Under the pieces are notes generated by a model. The model was not told the DNA's origin. It did no database searches and was given only the letters and a program-made list of their open reading frames with translations. A program made the translations under genes and the position numbers. From the IMG/VR virus record IMGVR_UViG_3300045988_014525: a DNA stretch of 64,000 bases, one strand, 5' to 3'. Source of the stretch: a virus. Within the stretch, counting starts at the first letter, position 1. The number at the start of each line of letters is the position of its first letter. This document shows positions 18,906 to 25,328 of this stretch, in pieces.

Positions 18906-19513
18906 CTCAACAAGTCTTTTTCTTCAAGTAGAGTATAAGTAAATCTATCTCCCCAAATAGGAGTAGCAAGAGTAACAAGATTCATTAGTTCATTGAAATC
19001 AAAACTACGAGCTAGAACTTGACAACCAGCAGACCAACCATCTACAACAACACTAGAATCTCCGGCTTTATGAATATTAATTCCAAACATTCCTTCTTCA
19101 ATAGTCTCAGGATTAAAATCAAGATAATAATCTTTATTATTATCACGATAGACTTTAACAGGTTTATATTGAACTAGAGCTTTATATTGTCCTTTATGAT
19201 AACCAACTTTCCAAGCACCACGATATTGACCGGGAACTAGAATAGCACAACCTTTAACGTTAACAGGATTAGAAAGACTCTTATATCCGGGATCTGTTGT
19301 ACAAGGAAATATAGGACAGAACTTATTACCTTTCTTATTCCAATATTCAATAATGAAGGCATCGTTGAATTCATTACTGTGATCAGCAGAACGAACACCA
19401 ATAAGATTAAGATTATAATCACCGTTTACAAAATAAGCGTAACCTTTCGCTTCTAATGTCTTTTTCCAATCAGTTTTAAGACATTTATTAATTAGTTTAT
19501 CGTTATATTTCAT
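18902..19513 (-). CDS. Peptidoglycan-acting enzyme candidate (endolysin; 203 aa)
   Basis: GINIHKAGDSSVVVDGWSAGCQVL matches the His...Ser-x-Gly-Cys signature of YkuD-type L,D-peptidase folds. Heads a cluster of membrane proteins. Confidence 0.4.
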   Translation of the reverse strand: MKYNDKLINKCLKTDWKKTLEAKGYAYFVNGDYNLNLIGVRSADHSNEFNDAFIIEYWNKKGNKFCPIFPCTTDPGYKSLSNPVNVKGCAILVPGQYRGAWKVGYHKGQYKALVQYKPVKVYRDNNKDYYLDFNPETIEEGMFGINIHKAGDSSVVVDGWSAGCQVLARSFDFNELMNLVTLATPIWGDRFTYTLLEEKDLLR

Positions 19514-19764
19514 AATTTATTTATTACTTCGTTTACTATTCGTTCTAAGTCTTTTAGTTTAATTGAACTATAAAGATGTTTATAACGATGTGCTTCAATT
19601 CTTTCACAATGTTCTCTATAACTTTTAGATAATAATCGTCTAATGTTTTCATTAATCTTATGTTCAGAGAAATCATTAAACTTATAAATACAACTTCTAT
19701 ATCTTATAAATATAGTATGTTTAGGAAGATCAATAGTACTAATATGTTGAGGTCTAATCATCAT
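19510..19764 (-). CDS. Hypothetical protein (84 aa)
   Basis: ORF track; ATG verified. Overlaps the neighbours at both ends. Confidence 0.5.
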   Translation of the reverse strand: MMIRPQHISTIDLPKHTIFIRYRSCIYKFNDFSEHKINENIRRLLSKSYREHCERIEAHRYKHLYSSIKLKDLERIVNEVINKL

Positions 19765-20762
19765 TATGCAAATAGATTTAATTGTTTCTTTTGAGTACCG
19801 TGAATAGATTGATAACGACTATGAAATATAGCATTAACTTCATTATCCATTCGATTTATCTTATACCATTTAGCAGATTCTTGTTTAGTAGTATCAATAT
19901 GAAATCCGTCACCAAATCTTTGAGGACGACCGTATTTATTAAGAACAAAAGGAATTTCAATATGACAAAGAGCTAAACCTCTACAAGGAAGACCAGTAAT
20001 AAGAGATACCATTCGAGAATAGATATTAAGCTGTAAGCTATAAGTATTTCCATTACAATTAGAGAGATGTCCAAGAGGAGGAAGCATAGTATCATCTTGT
20101 TTACTTACCCATTCATTTGTTTCTTGATTAGGACGAACAGTTTTATCTTTACGATAATAACCTGCTTCAAAACGTAATCCAGTGCGATTAGTTTTCCAAT
20201 CTAGAATAACAAAACCATCTTCACGAATAGGAAGAATATCAATAGTTCCACTAATAAGATAGTCAGGAAGAAAAGCACCGATTTCAGAATATATCTTGTA
20301 ATCTCTATCAGTATAATATTTAAAGACTTCGTATATCTCCGGATATTTATTTTCAGTATGATCTATAAACTCATCAATATCTAATAGTTTAACATGATCG
20401 TCTATAATATCTAAATCAGCAACAGTAGTCATTTGAGTACTAGCAGATTTATTAAGATATTTAATAGCATTAAAGAACTTACTGTTTTTACGTATTCCAT
20501 CTTCAAAGTTATTATGATAGACATTACCCATATCACAAGCATTGTCACGAATAGTATCCCATTCCTTCTTAATTAGCTTAGCAGAAGTACCAAGTTCTTT
20601 GGCTTTATATCTAGCCCAATAATCAGTTTCAAATTTAGGAACATAATCATGAATAAGAGTAGTAACACTTTTATAAGAGTTACCACAACTATCAGTGTAC
20701 TTATGAGTTGGTTCATCGAAGAACAACTTCGTCTGTTTATATTTCGGTGCTATCTGTATCAT
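19764..20762 (-). CDS. PD-(D/E)XK family nuclease (332 aa)
   Basis: ISGTIDILPIREDGFVILDWKTNR matches the D...(D/E)-x-K core (GxID ... LDWKT). Confidence 0.55.
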   Translation of the reverse strand: MIQIAPKYKQTKLFFDEPTHKYTDSCGNSYKSVTTLIHDYVPKFETDYWARYKAKELGTSAKLIKKEWDTIRDNACDMGNVYHNNFEDGIRKNSKFFNAIKYLNKSASTQMTTVADLDIIDDHVKLLDIDEFIDHTENKYPEIYEVFKYYTDRDYKIYSEIGAFLPDYLISGTIDILPIREDGFVILDWKTNRTGLRFEAGYYRKDKTVRPNQETNEWVSKQDDTMLPPLGHLSNCNGNTYSLQLNIYSRMVSLITGLPCRGLALCHIEIPFVLNKYGRPQRFGDGFHIDTTKQESAKWYKINRMDNEVNAIFHSRYQSIHGTQKKQLNLFA

Positions 20763-21481
20763 TACTTTGTTAGTTCATATGTTTGTACTTCCCCCGTAAA
20801 GGAACTTCTAGTATTAGTTTGCGTTAACCCTAATCTAGCTCTTTCAGCTTCGGCTTGAGCTTCAATATCAGCAGCATCAGTAGCTAGCATACTAGTAGTA
20901 ATTGTTTTACCACCACGAGCTTTACGCTGTTGATTATCTAGCATAACAGCTTGCTTAGCTTCATTGAGAGTTTTAAGTTGGTTAGGAAGAAGATTAATAA
21001 TAGTACTTAGTTTATTAATATAATCAATAACGACTAGAGTATCTTCATCTTTAAGACCTCCGTGCATCTTAATAGATAACTGCTCAGATATAAAGTTAGC
21101 TGCGAGATTAGCATTATGAAGAGCACGAGATGCACTATTAAGAGCTTCTTCGGCAGGTGTCCAACCTTTCTTATATTCATCAATAATTCGATTAATAAGT
21201 TCATCCGGTTCCCAGTTAGCATCGAGACCATAATTACTCTTAGCAACAACAAGAGCTTCGGGACGACTATAACCCATTTGATTAGGAGGAGACTTAGGAT
21301 CAGCTACATAATAGATAACTCCAACTTCTTGAATATATCTACTCTTAGTAGGAGTTTTATCTCTAATATAAAGCTCTCTAACATCTTTGTCTTGAATCTG
21401 ACGAATGTTAGGAGCAAATGGAATACCTTGCTCATTAACAGCAAGCATTCGAGTTATATCTAAAGGAGCAACTTCAATCAT
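20762..21481 (-). CDS. Hypothetical protein (239 aa)
   Basis: ORF track; ATG verified. Start and stop are coupled to the neighbouring genes. Confidence 0.6.
   Translation of the reverse strand: MIEVAPLDITRMLAVNEQGIPFAPNIRQIQDKDVRELYIRDKTPTKSRYIQEVGVIYYVADPKSPPNQMGYSRPEALVVAKSNYGLDANWEPDELINRIIDEYKKGWTPAEEALNSASRALHNANLAANFISEQLSIKMHGGLKDEDTLVVIDYINKLSTIINLLPNQLKTLNEAKQAVMLDNQQRKARGGKTITTSMLATDAADIEAQAEAERARLGLTQTNTRSSFTGEVQTYELTK
20788..20805 (+). repeat. GC motif copy
   Basis: cttcccccgtaaaggaac. The gene reads SSFTGEV. Confidence 0.9.
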
Positions 21482-21975
21482 AATTCTACGGTTTGAGAAG
21501 CATAATAATCAAGAGTATCATGAGCACCCATATGAGCATAGAGATAAAAATATAATCTAAACCATCTATCAGAACGAAATCTTTTAAGGATTCTATCAGC
21601 GTGATTTCTATTAAGTCTAATAGTTCTATTAATAATAATAGTACGACTGCGAAAGCCACGTCTAACTTTAAATCTTTCACGAAGAAGATTCTTTTTAAAC
21701 TCCATGTACTCTTCACGACTCATTGTATCTCTATGGACTTTCATCACATGTTGATGTTCAATAGCATCAAGCTTTCCTTCATTAGGAACAAAAGCTCCGA
21801 AGTATGGAATAGAAACACGACCTAATTCAGCACAACGAGCTACAACTTGACGTTCAACACTTTCGATAATATCTTCAAGTATTTCACCATCAGTGATACT
21901 AGTTCGTATAGTAGCAATAATATCTTCTCTACGAACTAGTAAATCACGTTTTTCATTTAGGTCAATAGTAGGCAT
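21478..21975 (-). CDS. HU/IHF-like DNA-binding protein candidate (165 aa)
   Basis: RREDIIATIRTS...VERQVVARCAELGRVSIPYFGAFVP follows the HU/IHF helix-helix-beta pattern (..V.IP.FG.F..). Confidence 0.4.
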   Translation of the reverse strand: MPTIDLNEKRDLLVRREDIIATIRTSITDGEILEDIIESVERQVVARCAELGRVSIPYFGAFVPNEGKLDAIEHQHVMKVHRDTMSREEYMEFKKNLLRERFKVRRGFRSRTIIINRTIRLNRNHADRILKRFRSDRWFRLYFYLYAHMGAHDTLDYYASQTVEL

Positions 21976-22598
21976 TATAATCCGAGCAAATTAGAAGCTA
22001 TAATAAACTTATTAAACGGAGAATTCTCTGGAATACCTTCGTTACTATTATGACCAATAATATCAACAATACGAATGATCTTATAGTCAACACAAGTAAC
22101 AGTTTGAATAATAGTAGTATCTAACTTAGGAAGAGTATGACTAGTAGTATCAAGAGTCTTAATAACAGAAGCAGCTGCACTTTGTCCAACTTTACCAAAG
22201 ATAGTTCCTCGTTTAATACTCATAGAAAGATCTTTATCAGTATTAATAAACTTACGGATATGACCAATGGACAATTCGTTCTTACGAGTATTACAATCAA
22301 TACCGTTAAACAAATCACTAGGAGCAGCAAAAATAAAACGATTAACAGGAGTTTTATCGTTATCGTTCTCATCTGCATAATTAGCTTTAATAAGAACAGC
22401 TTTAGTATTAGCAAGACCTTTGTTATTAGTATCAATAAGGTCTACTAAAGGAGCAGTAGTTATAAGAGCAATAAGAGCATAATGCTTGCGAAGTTCAATA
22501 TGTTCAACACAAGAACTAACATAATCAAATCCAATTTCATGAACTGATTGAGGAAGTCTAAAAGTTTCTTTAGTAGAATTGTTAACTAGATTAAGCAT
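21975..22598 (-). CDS. Hypothetical protein, first gene of the minus-strand block (207 aa)
   Basis: ORF track; ATG verified at 22598-22596. Confidence 0.6.
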   Translation of the reverse strand: MLNLVNNSTKETFRLPQSVHEIGFDYVSSCVEHIELRKHYALIALITTAPLVDLIDTNNKGLANTKAVLIKANYADENDNDKTPVNRFIFAAPSDLFNGIDCNTRKNELSIGHIRKFINTDKDLSMSIKRGTIFGKVGQSAAASVIKTLDTTSHTLPKLDTTIIQTVTCVDYKIIRIVDIIGHNSNEGIPENSPFNKFIIASNLLGL

Positions 22599-22761
22599 AA
22601 CTACAATAGTTTAAATGAATACTAAATTTACCAGTACTAACAGCAGTAGTATTAACACCAGTAGTAACAGTGCAAACATAAGGATTATAATCGGATTTAG
22701 TAGTAGAATTATAGTTAAAAGTAGTTAAGTATAGGTATATTCACTTCCGTACCTTAGTGTA

Positions 22762-22854
22762 AATGCGCATACGTGCGCATGTTCTAGGTGTACGCACACG
22801 TGTACGTGCGTACATTATATACACGCGCGTATATAAGTAATGTACACGTGCGCA
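22762..22854. repeat. GC-rich alternating purine-pyrimidine palindrome cluster
   Basis: ATGCGCAT (22762-22769). ACGTGCGCA at 22770 and 22845, and ACGTGCGTA at 22803. Inverted repeat GTACGCAC-N8-GTGCGTAC (22789-22812). TATATAC-ACGCGC-GTATATA (22815-22834). Palindrome GTGCGCAC (22847-22854). Confidence 0.85.
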
Positions 22855-22862
22855 CAAATAAG

Positions 22863-22893
22863 TATCAATTATTATATGAAATATAATAATTGA
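22863..22893. repeat. Perfect 14-bp AT-only inverted repeat with 3-nt spacer
   Basis: ATCAATTATTATAT-gaa-ATATAATAATTGAT. Confidence 0.9.
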
Positions 22894-23131
22894 TAGATAT
22901 AATATATTTATAATATATTATACTAGTACCCACGCTGCATAGTACAGATGCGGTTGTCGATACTACTGTTGAAGATATTGCAGAAGGTATTGAAGTCTGT
23001 ACTGCAAAATGTATTGAAGTTTGTACTGTTGTAGATATTACTGAAACTACTGTTAGAACTACTAGTCGAGCTATTGTTGTAACTATTGTTGCAACTATTA
23101 CAATTACTATTAGAGGGAGTCTTGCTCATAT

Positions 23132-23151
23132 CCACCCCCGTAAAGGAATGT
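23132..23151 (+). repeat. GC motif copy, intergenic, left arm of an inverted pair
   Basis: ccacccccgtaaaggaatgt. Confidence 0.9.
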
Positions 23152-23220
23152 CAATTGCTTAAACTTCTTGTACTCCTATTGAATCTAGTTCTGATCTACC
23201 TGCCATTGACTGTGCTGAAA

Positions 23221-23268
23221 TTACTACTCAAGTTACTACTCAAGTTACTACTCAAATTACTACTATAT
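23221..23268 (+). repeat. Tandem 12-mer array (TTACTACTCAAG x3.5)
   Basis: Read directly from the sequence. Lies between the inverted motif pair at 23132/23301. Confidence 0.9.
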
Positions 23269-23300
23269 CTACTAGTGGAGTTACTAGCAATTACCTATTC

Positions 23301-23321
23301 ACATTCCTTTACGGGGGGTGG
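23301..23321 (-). repeat. GC motif copy, intergenic, right arm of an inverted pair
   Basis: acattcctttacggggggtgg (one extra G). Confidence 0.9.
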
Positions 23322-23347
23322 TGACAGCTAGGCTCCATCTACTATTA

Positions 23348-23412
23348 CAACTCTTTAAAGAGGTTGTTCTCGTAGAGAATGAACTCTTGCTATTGCAGAG
23401 AGAGTTCTAGAT
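23348..23412 (+). repeat. Dispersed ~65-bp direct repeat, copy 1 (contains TTCTC-GTA-GAGAA)
   Basis: CAACTCTTTAAAGAGGTTGTTCTCGTAGAGAATGAACTCTTGCTATTGCAGAGAGAGTTCTAGAT. Also contains the 12-bp palindrome CTCTTTAAAGAG. Confidence 0.8.
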
Positions 23413-23485
23413 ATTGCAAATTGAATTAAAACTAGTACTGAATTAGATATTGATTATACTGTTGATTATACTATTGCAAGAGGTG

Positions 23486-23551
23486 CTGCTCTTTTTGAAA
23501 GAAGTTTCTCGAAGAGAATTATTCTTTCATTTTGTCAGAGAGGTGCTAGAG
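23486..23551 (+). repeat. Dispersed ~65-bp direct repeat, copy 2
   Basis: CTGCTCTTTTTGAAAGAAGTTTCTCGAAGAGAATTATTCTTTCATTTTGTCAGAGAGGTGCTAGAG. Confidence 0.75.
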
Positions 23552-23635
23552 TTATTAGAGTTGCTATTTGTATAAGGAGTAGAGGAAGTACTAAAATTTA
23601 GCGTAAAGATGATACTAGAGGAATTAATAAAGGAA

Positions 23636-23671
23636 GTAATAGAGTTAGTAATAGAGTTAGTGATAGAGTTG
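23636..23671 (+). repeat. Tandem 12-mer array (GTAATAGAGTTA x3) followed by an A/T tract
   Basis: Read directly from the sequence. Followed by CTAGAAAAAATAAAATAAAATTTTTA (23675-23700). Confidence 0.9.
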
Positions 23672-23760
23672 CTGCTAGAAAAAATAAAATAAAATTTTTA
23701 GCGAGTGTGTTGTTATGATCGCGCAGCTAATGTTACTGAAACAATTTAGAAACAAGTTCA

Positions 23761-23824
23761 TGTTGTTTAAAGATCTGTTCTCGTAGAGAATATATCTTTC
23801 TATTGTAAAAGGAGATTCTAAGAG
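23761..23824 (+). repeat. Dispersed ~65-bp direct repeat, copy 3
   Basis: TGTTGTTTAAAGATCTGTTCTCGTAGAGAATATATCTTTCTATTGTAAAAGGAGATTCTAAGAG. Confidence 0.8.
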
Positions 23825-23825
23825 A

Positions 23826-23873
23826 GATAAAGTTAGTGATAAAGTTAATGATAAAGTTAATGATAAAGTTTCT
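23826..23873 (+). repeat. Tandem 12-mer array (GATAAAGTTAAT x4) followed by the same A/T tract
   Basis: Read directly from the sequence. Followed by CTAGAAAATAAAATAAAATTTTTG (23875-23898). Confidence 0.9.
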
Positions 23874-23972
23874 ACTAGAAAATAAAATAAAATTTTTGTA
23901 GTGCGTAAATTTAAGTGGCTACGGCTCCATACCAATACCCCCGCCCATCCAACTACTTATTGAACTCCCCCT

Positions 23973-24000
23973 GTCAGACCGAATGACCTTAAACATATTG
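23973..24000 (+). promoter_or_regulatory. 28-bp palindrome-containing element, degenerate copy (GTCAGACCGAATGACCTTAAACATATTG)
   Basis: Matches 24 of 28 positions of the 24579 and 24610 copies. Lies 34 nt upstream of the ATG at 24034. Confidence 0.6.
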
Positions 24001-24033
24001 CTGTTAATATTATTAATTAAATTATTAATCATT

Positions 24034-24396
24034 ATGAAAGATGTAAGGTTTATCTTATGGTTATCATTGTTTCTAGTAGGTGCAATGACTGCTATTGTTG
24101 TCTCATGTGTTGATACTAGTGCTGATAGTGCTAGTCCAACTACTGCTAGTAGCTATGTTATTCCTGATTACATAGATGCTACTAGATCATTATCATTGGG
24201 TGAAATACATAGTATTACTACGTATCTTATCAATGGCGATGATTTTGCTACTGTTGTTCTTACTGATGGTACTGAGTGTTATTGCGATCAAGCTATTGCT
24301 CGTGATCTTCGTGATGCTATTGATGGAGCTAATGATAAGGAGTTTGAACTGTGGACGAATAACGATAATGAACATGAGATTGTATGTATTAATTGA
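24034..24396 (+). CDS. Putative secreted lipoprotein (120 aa)
   Basis: The track ORF 23983..24396 begins inside the regulatory repeat. The internal ATG at 24034 gives MKDVRFILWLSLFLVGAMTAIVVSC|VDTSADS (signal peptide, Cys, acidic residues). Confidence 0.5.
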   Translation: MKDVRFILWLSLFLVGAMTAIVVSCVDTSADSASPTTASSYVIPDYIDATRSLSLGEIHSITTYLINGDDFATVVLTDGTECYCDQAIARDLRDAIDGANDKEFELWTNNDNEHEIVCIN

Positions 24397-24400
24397 ACGG

Positions 24401-24431
24401 TTGACATTGTTACGTGGTGTAGCAATGTCAA
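24401..24431. promoter_or_regulatory. Inverted repeat TTGACATTG-N13-CAATGTCAA
   Basis: 9-bp perfect arms just after the stop at 24396. Shares the TTGACATT word with the 28-bp elements. Confidence 0.6.
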
Positions 24432-24578
24432 TCTTATATATACTAATGGGTGTGATCAAATATTCACAAACATACGATTGTTCCGATCTGATACTGTTAC
24501 TAAGAATACTCAAAGGATTCGCTATATTCAAGAGTGATGCAGAGGATTACTTAGGATTGTAAACTTAACAACGATACA

Positions 24579-24606
24579 GTCAAACCGATTGACATTAAAC
24601 ATATTG
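24579..24606 (+). promoter_or_regulatory. 28-bp element GTCAA-ACCGA-TTGAC-ATTAAACATATTG, copy 2
   Basis: Identical to the copy at 24610-24637, with a tandem period of 31 bp. Contains the palindrome GTCAA-N5-TTGAC. Confidence 0.7.
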
Positions 24607-24609
24607 AGT

Positions 24610-24637
24610 GTCAAACCGATTGACATTAAACATATTG
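24610..24637 (+). promoter_or_regulatory. 28-bp element, copy 3
   Basis: Identical to the 24579-24606 copy. Lies 38 nt upstream of the ATG at 24675. Confidence 0.7.
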
Positions 24638-24674
24638 CATTATTTTATTATAAACATTAAAAACATTTGAAACC

Positions 24675-25328
24675 ATGAGTAAAGAAAAAGAAACTGTTGT
24701 TAGTGAAGCCGTAGTAGCTAATAACGCTGTTGAAGCCACTGAAGCCACTGTTACAGAAGCTACTAATGAAACTACTAAAGTAGCTGAAGATGCTCCTACT
24801 GCCGAACTACTACCATTGTCGGCTTATTGGGGTAAGGATGCAGATACTGTTACAGACCTTATGTTAGGTCGTAGCGACGTTACTAATCATGCTAATTGCA
24901 TTATTACTAATGTTGTTGACCGTGATAGTGACAATGGTTTTATGACCATTGTTGTTTCTAAAGGTCTGCCACAGTATGTTCTTAATGCCGATACTGGTGC
25001 TTATGAGATGAGTACTACTCGTAATATCTTTACCAGTCGCATTCAGATTGCAGCCATATTAAAAGGTATGAACGAGACAGTGCTCGCCAAGATTGTCGAG
25101 ACAGCACCGTTCATGGTTGTCGTATCGGTATTGGAAGGTGCTCGTATTTCCGTGATGTCAAGACTGCTCGCTGCTGGTGAGCAATACATCAATCCGTATG
25201 CGTCTAAAGCACCGTCTGAAGTTCGTGTTACCGAACATGATCGTATCGAGTATTTCCCATACGAGCTTAAACTTGGCAACAAGTTCACCGCTTTGGAGAA
25301 GATACAGCTTGCAATGATGTTCAAGTAG
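24675..25328 (+). CDS. Hypothetical early protein, compositional outlier (217 aa)
   Basis: ORF track; ATG verified. It is the first substantial plus-strand gene. Its 3' half is clearly GC-richer than the rest of the window. Confidence 0.65.
   Translation: MSKEKETVVSEAVVANNAVEATEATVTEATNETTKVAEDAPTAELLPLSAYWGKDADTVTDLMLGRSDVTNHANCIITNVVDRDSDNGFMTIVVSKGLPQYVLNADTGAYEMSTTRNIFTSRIQIAAILKGMNETVLAKIVETAPFMVVVSVLEGARISVMSRLLAAGEQYINPYASKAPSEVRVTEHDRIEYFPYELKLGNKFTALEKIQLAMMFK

Noticed and set aside
22600-22745. A 48-codon open frame on the minus strand just upstream of the 22598 start (…YLYLTTFNYNSTTKSDYNPYVCTVTTGVNTTAVSTGKFSIHLNYCSYA)
   Set aside because: It looks vaguely protein-like but has no ATG, GTG or TTG start after the upstream TGA. 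It is too short to support as a gene.
23132-23321. Calling the motif-bracketed segment a bona fide invertible promoter or MITE
   Set aside because: No invertase, integrase or transposase gene is present in the window, and no target-site duplication flanks the arms. The same arms occur about 20 more times, which a site-specific recombinase would scramble. It is kept only as a hypothesis in the findings.
23636-23873. Possible CRISPR array suggested by regularly spaced repeats
   Set aside because: The units are 12-nt head-to-tail tandem repeats with no unique spacers, and no cas genes are present. This is not CRISPR architecture.
22923-23935. Track ORFs 22923..23135 (-), 23086..23331 (+) and 23675..23935 (-) in the divergence zone
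   Set aside because: The products are pure low-complexity (Ser/Asn/Cys or poly-Leu/Lys strings) generated by the 12-nt repeats. The ORFs overlap each other on opposite strands, have no plausible start context, and one runs straight through both arms of the GC-motif inverted pair. They are treated as non-coding.
24640-24674. Bacteroidota -7 box upstream of 24675 (AACATTTG)
   Set aside because: The first position deviates from TAnnTTTG, and the 28-bp repeats are the more distinctive signal. It is not listed as a promoter feature.
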